64,000 bases of DNA, taken from positions 1 through 64,000 of the IMG/VR virus record IMGVR_UViG_3300028804_000001. One strand, written 5' to 3'. The stretch comes from a virus. Lineage: Duplodnaviria > Caudoviricetes. The notes below the pieces were generated by a model, which saw only the letters and a program-made list of their open reading frames with translations, was not told where the DNA came from and did not search any database. Below, one piece after another: positions 19,452 to 27,922 of this stretch; position 1 is the stretch's first letter; the number at the start of each line of letters is the position of its first letter. Made by a program: the position numbers and the translations under genes.

Positions 19452-19550
19452 TTATGCCTTCTTCGCAGATTTGCGAGCGGGCTTTTTAGTCCCAGTTTTG
19501 CTTCCGCCTTTTTTAGCCGGCTTCTTGGCTGGTTTTCTTGCTGTTGCCAT
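19452..19550 (-). CDS. 32-aa histone-H1/protamine-like basic peptide MATARKPAKKPAKKGGSKTGTKKPARKSAKKA
   Basis: AGGAG SD upstream; PAKK-type repeats; too short for the ORF track. Confidence 0.65.
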   Translation of the reverse strand: MATARKPAKKPAKKGGSKTGTKKPARKSAKKA

Positions 19551-19959
19551 CTTCGTGGTCTCCTAATTGTTGTGTAGTCTCCGCATTCAGTTTAGGCAGG
19601 TTGAACTGATAATACAGAGGACCAGAAATTGTATTTCCGGAAACAGTCTGTGGGAATCCGAGAGTAAGAGAATAGTATCTCTTATCCTCGGTATACCAGT
19701 CAGGCCATCTACCATGCAGGAGTCTAAATTCCCTCAAATATTTAATGAGGACATGTTTGGGTGATTCTCCAGGACCTATTACTAAAAGGCGCCCGCCTTC
19801 TACAGGATCAGAGGATAATGATTTGGGAATTTCTTCAAGGACTGCGTACCATTCTTGCTGATAAAGGTTCTTAGGAGATACTCCATCCATTTGTTCTGGA
19901 GTGGAGGGGCCAGTAAGTGCGGATTCCAACTGCTGATTAAACGTCTTGTGATCCATCAC
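19513..19959 (-). CDS. Hypothetical protein
   Basis: GAGGT SD; co-oriented. Confidence 0.55.
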   Translation of the reverse strand: MMDHKTFNQQLESALTGPSTPEQMDGVSPKNLYQQEWYAVLEEIPKSLSSDPVEGGRLLVIGPGESPKHVLIKYLREFRLLHGRWPDWYTEDKRYYSLTLGFPQTVSGNTISGPLYYQFNLPKLNAETTQQLGDHEDGNSKKTSQEAG

Positions 19960-20122
19960 TTACCTCTTTCGCATAATCCAGTTCTTTTTGTAACTCAGTA
20001 ATATCTTCAGTTTGAATTCCTCGCTCAAATGCGATGCTATCTTTTGTGTCTCGTACACCTTTATCTAGCACCTTTTTAATTTCCTTCATTTGATTGAGCA
20101 ACTCTTTTTTGCGTTTCTTCAT
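19937..20122 (-). CDS. Small coiled-coil hypothetical protein
   Basis: Likely start MKKRKK at an ATGA overlap; the ORF track extends it to 20176. Confidence 0.5.
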   Translation of the reverse strand: MKKRKKELLNQMKEIKKVLDKGVRDTKDSIAFERGIQTEDITELQKELDYAKEVSDGSQDV

Positions 20123-20865
20123 TTTCTGATCGCCTCTTTGTAACATTCCTGAAGGTAAGGGCAGTAAGTGCACCATGTTCCAATGTTTCTGTATACATCC
20201 TCGAGTCTAAACCGAGAGCATAGAGCTTGGATGGTGTTCATGATGTTCTTATGGAGTACTGGGTGATTGTAATCCACTGACTCTCCAGTGTTCAGGTTAT
20301 ATAATGATACTAAAACCTGGATCCCTTCACGCAAGTGACCTTCATGCAGGACTGCTGCACGTATGATATTGCTATTAAAGAATGGATTAGAGTGCTCCTG
20401 ACTGAAGCTAAAGATATAAGTCCGGGTTATTTTACTGGTTACCGCGGTAGCTGTTACATCAGATCCGGCTAAAACTCTAACTCCTTCCTCAGTTACTCCA
20501 GAGGCAAGGCCCATTCCTACCAGAGTTCTCTGTCCACTGTAGCAGAAATCGGCCAGGAAATTTACAATTACCCGCTCAATCCTATCGGTGTAGGCTTTGA
20601 TTGCATTATCCTTGCTGAGTCCATAGAACCCATTTTCTACATCATGGCGGGATCTTTTAATATATCCTTCGGACTTCATCTGGTTACCAAGCAGAACTTC
20701 CTTGGCTATGTTTGTTACATACTGCCGGCAGAGGGCGTGGAACCTTTCCGAGGGAGTAAGGATCTTATCGCCCTCATTTCCCATCTGCCATTTCCATGGA
20801 CATTCCTGGAACTTAATTAGATCTGATGCGTATATTTCCATAAGCGGCTCTTTGATCCTAGGCAT
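20119..20865 (-). CDS. Cas4/AddB-like PD-(D/E)XK-fold protein with 4-Cys cluster, catalytically degenerate
   Basis: ASDLIKFQECPWKWQ ... WCTYCPYLQEC (1+3 Cys). No recognisable (D/E)xK; the ORF track start is 20949. Confidence 0.6.
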   Translation of the reverse strand: MPRIKEPLMEIYASDLIKFQECPWKWQMGNEGDKILTPSERFHALCRQYVTNIAKEVLLGNQMKSEGYIKRSRHDVENGFYGLSKDNAIKAYTDRIERVIVNFLADFCYSGQRTLVGMGLASGVTEEGVRVLAGSDVTATAVTSKITRTYIFSFSQEHSNPFFNSNIIRAAVLHEGHLREGIQVLVSLYNLNTGESVDYNHPVLHKNIMNTIQALCSRFRLEDVYRNIGTWCTYCPYLQECYKEAIRK

Positions 20866-23341
20866 CCTGGAGATCTCCCTCTCCACCTTCTCCGCTTCTA
20901 CCAGGTCCCTTGCCTTTGGCTTTACCTTCATTGGCAACTGCAGTAGCAATAATCTGCTGCCACTTCTTACTCTGGGCCTCAGTTGCCTCTTGGAACTGGT
21001 TAAGAGCTGGATCCATACATAGAAGGACCTTCTGGTTTGGCTCTCCTACTTTATATTTAGGGAAGTCAATCTCAAGGACCGGCATCTTTCTATTACCCTG
21101 GTTCCAATAGATCTTAGAATCTGGGTTAGCCTTAAGATCATTGTGCATCATCGCAACAATCTTGGCACGATATTCAATAGAGCCAGTCTCCTTAAGCATT
21201 GTAAGGTTTGGCCTATATGGTCCAGACTTTGTTAATTCAACCATGCAAATGCATGCTATATCAGTAGACTGGGTAAGGATATGAAGCTTGCTCATTTCCT
21301 GTTCTACTATCGTTCTTTTGTTCTGAACTCCAGTGGAGGAAACAGAAGGTAAGTTCATAAAGTTATCAACAATAAGGAGTATCTTCTTAGTTTCATCTCT
21401 CATCTGAACCCGGCGGATCTGGGCTCTAAGATCATCAACGCTGATAATCTTACCCTGACCTACCATATAGTATTGATTGCCCCACCAGGATCTAACACGC
21501 TTCTGAGCCTCCGCAATTCTTGGCATTAACTCTTCATCAATATCCCCACTCTCGAGGATAGTATTCTCTATCCCAGAGAGAGTTGAGATAATACCATCCA
21601 TAGTATCTCTTCTGGTATCATCCAATGAAGCATGAATGATAAATGTATTTGGATCCTTATCCAGAATGAGAGGAACCATTCCTCGTATCAAAGTTGATTT
21701 ACCAACTGATGGTCTTGCACCTATGATCATTAAGGTTCCAAGAGTCATACGCACAGCGTCATCGAAGGTTTGAATACCAGTATAGATTCTTGCTCTATCA
21801 TCCTGACCTTGAACAAGGATCTCATCGAGCTCTCGAGACTCTTCAGTTCTATTATGAACTGCATATGACTGACCAATATCTCTTAGATTTCTACCAGCTT
21901 GCTCATAGAGATCAAACTTCTTTTCAATGTCTGGCTCATCTGCAATCTTCTTAAAGGTATCGCTTACTAGATCATTATACTGAATAGCAACTGGATCTTT
22001 CTTCTGAGACATGTCCCGTACGATATCATATCTAACATCTTCAGAAGATCTAATTCCGAACTTCTGGGATAGGAGTGGAGCATATGTTACAGCAATACCA
22101 ACATTCCTGGAAAACTGGCAGATATATTGAAGAGCTGCCATATACTTAACATTGGGACTCAGATTAGGATTAGAAAGATTCTCGTAGTTAACATGAAGAA
22201 TATATTCTATAATTGATATCCGCTTTGATAAATCTTTTAGAACATCAATCCCGGATTCCATAATATATTCATCAGCGTCCTTTCCCTCAGGAAGAAGGAA
22301 TACGGATACACCAAATCCGTTTTCAATTAGATACTCTGCAACTCGTACAGTTCCAGAATGCCCAGCTGGATCGTTATCCATTACAAGAACTACTTCTGCA
22401 GCTGCGCAAGACTTAAGGCCCCGTACTAAAGCTTCAAGATTAGAAGATGTTCCAATTGAAACGGAGTTTTTCATACCGCTTACATAAGCGGCCATGCAAT
22501 CAAACTGAGCTTCGAAACAATATACTACTCGTGATGCCTGGATATCTCTTCTGGCTCTGTGGAAGTTAAACAGTCCAAGCTGCTCACCTTCGATGAAGCT
22601 TGAGGTATATAAATACTTTCGTGATCCTTCGTTGATATCAGCTGTAGTTCTACGGGACATCATTCCAATGAGAATCCCATACTGGTTATGAATCGGGAAT
22701 GCTAAGCTTCCTGTTCTAATTACATTATCATCATTAAGTGGATGCTGTTCAGGAAGAAAGTTAAAGTCTCCCGTTTCGGGGAAGAAGATATCAAACTCTT
22801 CACTGATTGCATTCCTAATCTGCTCCGTATAGTTTCTGTTATAATCTATATTTATCTTGGCAGGATTCTTCCGGCTTTTAATTACCTTGTTTACTTCAGT
22901 TATGTAGTCCTTATTTAGATGGCTTCTTACTTTCTTTGGATCTACATGAAGATCTTTTAATGCATCAAAATACCTTTCCTGGTCAATTGGGTATGAAATA
23001 GTATTAGCTACAGAAGGTACGGTGATAGTCCAAAATTCTACAGTCTGTCCTATTGGGAGGCCTTCCACAAAGTTGGCCATGTTATATATATCGCCCCCAG
23101 ATTTACACCTATGGCAGACCCACATCTGGCCGTTTGTGCCAGTTTTAAAGGTTCCGGAGAAGTTTCTATCCCCGTTACTATGAAAGGAACTATTAGGACA
23201 TCCAAAGGATCCTCTACCTTCCCCTTTAAATTTGATCCCCTGGGCATCCATGTAGGTCTGAAGGCTATTACGCATTTCATCCTTGACTTTTTGTGCATAG
23301 TTGCCACTATGAGGTACACCTGAATGACTGATTCCACTCAT
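20858..23341 (-). CDS. DnaG-type primase / DnaB-type helicase fusion
   Basis: Zn finger CPNSSFH...CHRC; TOPRIM FEAQFD, MDNDPAG, KDADE; helicase GARPSVGKST, LLIVDNF, LKETGSIE. Strong AAAGGAG SD. Confidence 0.92.
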   Translation of the reverse strand: MSGISHSGVPHSGNYAQKVKDEMRNSLQTYMDAQGIKFKGEGRGSFGCPNSSFHSNGDRNFSGTFKTGTNGQMWVCHRCKSGGDIYNMANFVEGLPIGQTVEFWTITVPSVANTISYPIDQERYFDALKDLHVDPKKVRSHLNKDYITEVNKVIKSRKNPAKINIDYNRNYTEQIRNAISEEFDIFFPETGDFNFLPEQHPLNDDNVIRTGSLAFPIHNQYGILIGMMSRRTTADINEGSRKYLYTSSFIEGEQLGLFNFHRARRDIQASRVVYCFEAQFDCMAAYVSGMKNSVSIGTSSNLEALVRGLKSCAAAEVVLVMDNDPAGHSGTVRVAEYLIENGFGVSVFLLPEGKDADEYIMESGIDVLKDLSKRISIIEYILHVNYENLSNPNLSPNVKYMAALQYICQFSRNVGIAVTYAPLLSQKFGIRSSEDVRYDIVRDMSQKKDPVAIQYNDLVSDTFKKIADEPDIEKKFDLYEQAGRNLRDIGQSYAVHNRTEESRELDEILVQGQDDRARIYTGIQTFDDAVRMTLGTLMIIGARPSVGKSTLIRGMVPLILDKDPNTFIIHASLDDTRRDTMDGIISTLSGIENTILESGDIDEELMPRIAEAQKRVRSWWGNQYYMVGQGKIISVDDLRAQIRRVQMRDETKKILLIVDNFMNLPSVSSTGVQNKRTIVEQEMSKLHILTQSTDIACICMVELTKSGPYRPNLTMLKETGSIEYRAKIVAMMHNDLKANPDSKIYWNQGNRKMPVLEIDFPKYKVGEPNQKVLLCMDPALNQFQEATEAQSKKWQQIIATAVANEGKAKGKGPGRSGEGGEGDLQDA

Positions 23342-23380
23342 CGAAAAGCTCCTTTTAGTATCGAGACCATTGCAAAAGCA

Positions 23381-23707
23381 ATGACCGAGGTATCTCCCAG
23401 CGGGAAATACCCTAATAAGATTTTAGTAGAGAAATATGTTAATGAAGCTGCACTTAAGACTGCCGAAGGCTTAAAGCCTATGGAGCTTATACTGTTGCAC
23501 AGCATTATATATTGTAACGAAAAATTCAAGTTAAGTCCTTTAAGTATTACAAACTTTTATAACTACCAACTTACCCAGACTGGCCGTATTAAACCTATTC
23601 GAACCAAGGCATGGGATAGAAGCCGGCACCAAATAAAAATTATCAACAAAAGGCTGCATGAAAACCTCCAAGAAATCGGACAAGAATACTACAAAGATCT
23701 CATCTGA
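23381..23707 (+). CDS. Hypothetical protein
   Basis: Divergent from the primase; ATG 23381 avoids a head-to-head overlap (track start 23324). Confidence 0.45.
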   Translation: MTEVSPSGKYPNKILVEKYVNEAALKTAEGLKPMELILLHSIIYCNEKFKLSPLSITNFYNYQLTQTGRIKPIRTKAWDRSRHQIKIINKRLHENLQEIGQEYYKDLI

Positions 23708-24248
23708 TGAACTTATTTATCTGGCTGTAGATCCTGGAAGCAAAAAACTCGGATGGGCTATAATTCTAGATGGAACTAAGCCAAAGAAAATTGCCAGCGG
23801 TCTCATAAAGCCTAGAGAAGGATCCACTTCAAACGAAGATAGAATAGATGCAAGTGGTTTTGATCTTATCTACAACGAAATAACAGATATATGCTCTGAA
23901 TACAAACCTAATAGATGTTTAGTAGAACATTTCGGTGTTAACAGACCACGAACTGGAATGTTTGTAGTCCCTCGAGTAAAAGCGATCGTTGAACTTGCAT
24001 GGTATCATTACTCTAAAACAATTCCAACTGAGGTAATGGTTCGTCAGTGGAAACTTGGTCTTACCGGTAATCCTAAATCAGAAAAGCCTGAAGTAGTTCA
24101 GAAGCTTACTAATATGGGAATTACAATTACAGGAACCAGCCAGGACGAATACGATGCTATTGGTATTGGTATTGGCTGGCTCACTGTAAATAGTAACTCT
24201 AGATCCATTATCGGACCTAGAGTTAGAAAATCTACTAGGAAAGGCTAG
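23658..24248 (+). CDS. ruvC: RuvC-like Holliday junction resolvase
   Basis: LAVDPGSKKLGWA, CLVE, WKLGLTGNPKSEK, DEYDAIGIG. Confidence 0.88.
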   Translation: MKTSKKSDKNTTKISSDELIYLAVDPGSKKLGWAIILDGTKPKKIASGLIKPREGSTSNEDRIDASGFDLIYNEITDICSEYKPNRCLVEHFGVNRPRTGMFVVPRVKAIVELAWYHYSKTIPTEVMVRQWKLGLTGNPKSEKPEVVQKLTNMGITITGTSQDEYDAIGIGIGWLTVNSNSRSIIGPRVRKSTRKG

Positions 24249-24444
24249 CTGCGCCAGACCCAGATGCGAAATAGATAGCACTTTCATGCTCTTTAATATT
24301 TGTAAGAGCTTGAACTTCATTCTCTCTTACTGGAATACCACCCGGCCATCCATTTTTAAGTACATGATCAGCAAGTGCAAAGATACACTTATCCAACTTG
24401 CTTCTCATAGTCTTTTCATCAACATGTTCCATTGTAGCGGTCAT
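24235..24444 (-). CDS. Hypothetical protein
   Basis: GAGG SD; follows pyrE. Confidence 0.5.
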   Translation of the reverse strand: MTATMEHVDEKTMRSKLDKCIFALADHVLKNGWPGGIPVRENEVQALTNIKEHESAIYFASGSGAASLS

Positions 24445-24454
24445 AAATTTCCTC

Positions 24455-25135
24455 TCAAGGTGTAATTATACCAGATTTATTTCTAGCTGCAAGCTCCGCG
24501 GAAATCTTAGTATAAGTTTCTTTGATAAAGCTCATTGTAAACAGTGAGTGAAGTTTAATCCCTTCTTTCTCAAGGGCTTCTTTACCGCCTTGTTCTCTAT
24601 CAATTACACAGATGCAATCATAAACAGTTGCACCAAGATTTCTCAGGTCCTTTACACTTTTAATAATCTGGCCGCCGGTTGTTACAACATCTTCTATGAT
24701 GAGAAGAGTTCTACCTTTAACATCTAAACCTTCTGCAAGCTTGCAGGTTCCATAGGTCTTAGCTTCTTTACGAACAATTACATATGGAATCATGAAGCCA
24801 CAGGAAAGAACTGTAGCAATAGGAATACCCCCAGTTTCTAACCCTGCAACCATGTGAGGTTTGTTTTCAATTTTTTCAGTGATAATAATACTTTCAGAAA
24901 TGAGAGAACAAATATCCTGAAGCATTCCTGGATTAGTTTCAATCATATACTTATCAAAGTATTCATTACTTTTCTGTCCGGATCTAAGAGTAAAATCTCC
25001 AGTTAGGTATGCTACCTTATAGATCTGGTAGGCCATAGCAATCATGAATTGCTCTCTAGCCTGTGCCATTTCTTCAGGTGTCATCGGCACCTGTTGTTCT
25101 TCTTGTTCCGGGGTTTCGTTGTTAGCTTCGTTCAT
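24455..25135 (-). CDS. pyrE: Orotate phosphoribosyltransferase
   Basis: GDFTLRSGQKSNEYFDKY, AGLETGGIP, VRKEAKTYGT, PRPP-binding IIEDVVTTGG, VIDREQGG. Confidence 0.93.
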   Translation of the reverse strand: MNEANNETPEQEEQQVPMTPEEMAQAREQFMIAMAYQIYKVAYLTGDFTLRSGQKSNEYFDKYMIETNPGMLQDICSLISESIIITEKIENKPHMVAGLETGGIPIATVLSCGFMIPYVIVRKEAKTYGTCKLAEGLDVKGRTLLIIEDVVTTGGQIIKSVKDLRNLGATVYDCICVIDREQGGKEALEKEGIKLHSLFTMSFIKETYTKISAELAARNKSGIITP

Positions 25136-25275
25136 TAATTTTCTCCTCTTTTCTTATAAAAGACTATCTGAATTACACAGAATGGAATTAGAATAACCAA
25201 TTCCTTTTCTGCATGGCTATATCCAATTCCTAATCCTAGGATAGGGCCAAAGTTAAAGTCCACTCTCCATTTCAT
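25135..25275 (-). CDS. 46-aa hydrophobic hypothetical protein (MKWRVDFNFGPILGLGIG...)
   Basis: Fills the thyX-pyrE gap exactly, with ATGA and TAATG overlaps at its two ends. Confidence 0.6.
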   Translation of the reverse strand: MKWRVDFNFGPILGLGIGYSHAEKELVILIPFCVIQIVFYKKRGEN

Positions 25276-26000
25276 TTCTCACCTCTTTCTAACTGGAATA
25301 AATTCCATGTTCTAGGGAAGTATTCAGAGATGTATTTACCAACAGATTTAGCATATACCTGGATTTCTTCCTGCGCATTTGGATCATCTCTTAAAGTAAG
25401 AAATGCCAGCCAGTTTCTCAGATTGGCAGATGCTCTCATTCTAGAATATCTACCAACTGGTAAGATAGTGCGTGCAAGTTCTTTAGGAACACCGCTGCTA
25501 AGTGCTTCTACATATAGAGCCTGAGCTCTATTGTATTGTTCTATGAGTTCCTTTCTAAACCATACTGCAGATACTTCAGTTAATGGAACTGAATCCTTGG
25601 TGGTTCCAGCTTGTTTATTTGTTCCACCAGCATTCTTCATGAGACGTTCTATAGTAGGAACATAATTAAAATCTGGAAGAGGTTCGTAACGAGCACTCAT
25701 CTCATTGTAACTTTGTGTTCTGTGTCTGTGCCATTCTCTAAATACAAAGATGGGTGCCTGAACTTCTATGATCATGCCACAGAATTCAAACGGGGTTGAA
25801 TGTTTATTATTATAGAGATAGGCTAAAAGCTTTTCATCTTGTTCCCAACCGCGGAAAGATCCTTGGGTGGACATTCTCGCAGCTTCAATGATACCAGCTT
25901 CATTAATCCCAGCATCGCCCTTACCCCATATTTCAATGGGTCTGATATAACCATGATCAAGTAGTTCAATTTCAATTCGTTGCATTCTTATCTTCCTCAC
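25272..26000 (-). CDS. thyX: Flavin-dependent thymidylate synthase
   Basis: AARMS, HSTPFE, REWHRHRTQSYNEMSARY (RHRx7S signature), ELARTILP, AQEEI. Confidence 0.96.
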   Translation of the reverse strand: MRKIRMQRIEIELLDHGYIRPIEIWGKGDAGINEAGIIEAARMSTQGSFRGWEQDEKLLAYLYNNKHSTPFEFCGMIIEVQAPIFVFREWHRHRTQSYNEMSARYEPLPDFNYVPTIERLMKNAGGTNKQAGTTKDSVPLTEVSAVWFRKELIEQYNRAQALYVEALSSGVPKELARTILPVGRYSRMRASANLRNWLAFLTLRDDPNAQEEIQVYAKSVGKYISEYFPRTWNLFQLERGEK

Positions 26001-26376
26001 TAGAGTCTTCTTTAGTTATAGGCCTATCTTTTAACTTATCTGCCCATGTCTTTGCATCATTGATAACATCTACATTAAAGGATCTAAAGTTTCCTAGGTG
26101 GCCTACAAATAGATGGCAGTTGATTCCATACGCTTTTGATTCACATAAAGGAACCAGGTTATTCTCATCAAGTTCCTTCTCAGGATTGAGATGAAAAGGT
26201 TCAATGTGATGTGCCTGCAGCTTATCTTTTCCTCCACAGACTATACATACTTTTCCTTTGAGATATGCATCTCTAAAGGCAGGCCATTTTGTGCTGCGTG
26301 ATTTTCCGCCAGTTTTTTCATGATGATTCTCATCCCCATATATAACTTTGTGAACTAGCCGGCTTAAACCAATCAC
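25972..26376 (-). CDS. HNH endonuclease
   Basis: RSTKW, CIVCG, AHHIEPFH, NLVPLC, NCHLFVGH. Confidence 0.88.
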   Translation of the reverse strand: MIGLSRLVHKVIYGDENHHEKTGGKSRSTKWPAFRDAYLKGKVCIVCGGKDKLQAHHIEPFHLNPEKELDENNLVPLCESKAYGINCHLFVGHLGNFRSFNVDVINDAKTWADKLKDRPITKEDSSEEDKNATN

Positions 26377-27374
26377 AGTACAAACTCCTTATAGTCTGGG
26401 ATACCAATTATCTGCTTGGTCTTAAGATCAACGCCCTTTCTCTCGGCAGATTGCCTGCATTGAGTTACGATGCTATCAACCTTATCATCTGTAGAACTTG
26501 GATCATGATGTACAATACCAACTGTATGCGTTCCTGGAGAGTTAGCAGCTATAATACCTACCCAGTCAGGACTTCCATGGCCATATCCTGCAAACTTAGG
26601 ATAGTCCTCGAGAGAATACTGGCAGTCCACTGCTATGAGATTAGCACCTTAGATAAACGTTTTATAAAAGCTAGGAATAGCTACATGACTTTCGCAGTCG
26701 GTAATAAGAACAAAGCAAGAAGTAAGTTCCACTTTTTTGTTTATAGGATTTTTTCCATACTCTTCAAATCTATAAGCAACGCATTTATCTGGATGCTGCA
26801 CTTCCATGTTTCTACAGATGAGGACATCTGTCAGATTAACTTTTATCTTCTGCCCGTCTTTGGTAAACTCTATCTGCTTCTCTTTAGCAATTGTATCTTC
26901 ATATTCTGATAGAGTAATACTAGTATTAAGATCCTGATAGAATGCAAGGATATGGTTCGAAGCAATACCATTATTCATCAGGCTGGCAAAGCTGGATTTA
27001 ATCTGCTCATCTGTTACTGGAAAGTATGGCTTTTGAAATGTATACTTAACAGCATCAAGTGCACCTTTACCATTATCAAGCGGGCCAAATACTTGCTTGG
27101 TAATAGATTTTATATACATTATAGGACACAAACCCATGCCATTCAAATGATCTGCATGATAGTGTGTGAAGAATATAGTAAGGCTCTTAAGATCTTTGAG
27201 TGATAACTCTTCTGTTAATGGAATTAATCCTGTTCCAGCATCAATAATGATCTCATGATCACTGGACACTCGAGTGCTTCGGATCCTCCAGCAGGTAGTG
27301 TTACCGCCATATTTTCTTTTAGTTGGACCTGATACTGGAACAGATCCACGAGTACCCATTGCTTTAACAATCAT
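26373..27374 (-). pseudogene. Metallo-beta-lactamase-fold hydrolase interrupted by a single in-frame TAA at 26649-26651
   Basis: N-part: GTRGS, YGGNTTC, DAGTG, THYHADH, QHPD, TDCE. The same frame continues FI*GANLIAVDCQY...GYGHGS...HHDP, the C-terminal MBL motifs. Confidence 0.8.
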
Positions 27375-27376
27375 AT

Positions 27377-27901
27377 CTATTTCCTCATTAAGTTATGAAA
27401 TGTATCTAGGAAAACCTGCTCAGCTGCTGCTGGCTCCCATCTTTCAATTTTAATACCTGGAAGAGGTTCTGCTTTAAGAACCCACTCTCTATGTGATGGT
27501 CTCATAATAGCTTCCTTCTCATTCATACAAATTCTAGCATCTGCTATAGTAACTTCTTCAGGTTCCTGAAGTGGAAGTTTAAACTTTAATGCAATACATG
27601 TCATTAGTCTAATTTCAGCATCTCTATAAGCTTGAAATTCTGGGTGCTGTTTAATAGGCCTTGGCACATCCATAAGATATGCTTCAGAAGCATCATGTAA
27701 TAATCCCCAGAGTTTATTTTCCTGGCTTACATATCTAGAAACTAAAACTGAGTGCTGCGCAATGGAGTAATGATAGAGGCAGTGCCCTGCATATCTACAT
27801 TGTAGACTGAGGGCATGGGCTATATCTTCGATTTCTATATCTTCGATAGTAGGACTAAGCGGCGAAAAAGATTTCCCCGAATAGACTTGTATCCAACTCA
27901 T
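27377..27901 (-). CDS. HD-domain 5'-deoxynucleotidase-like phosphohydrolase (YfbR/YfdR-like)
   Basis: DIAHALSLQCRYAGH, YSIAQHS, LLHDASEAYLMDVPRPIK, AD. Confidence 0.88.
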   Translation of the reverse strand: MSWIQVYSGKSFSPLSPTIEDIEIEDIAHALSLQCRYAGHCLYHYSIAQHSVLVSRYVSQENKLWGLLHDASEAYLMDVPRPIKQHPEFQAYRDAEIRLMTCIALKFKLPLQEPEEVTIADARICMNEKEAIMRPSHREWVLKAEPLPGIKIERWEPAAAEQVFLDTFHNLMRK

Positions 27902-27922
27902 AGACTACCTCTATTTTTTTGA

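Noticed and set aside
26649-26651. Genome-wide stop-codon reassignment
   Set aside because: The only in-frame interruption found is TAA. TAA, TAG and TGA all terminate intact genes elsewhere, and coding density is high under the standard code.
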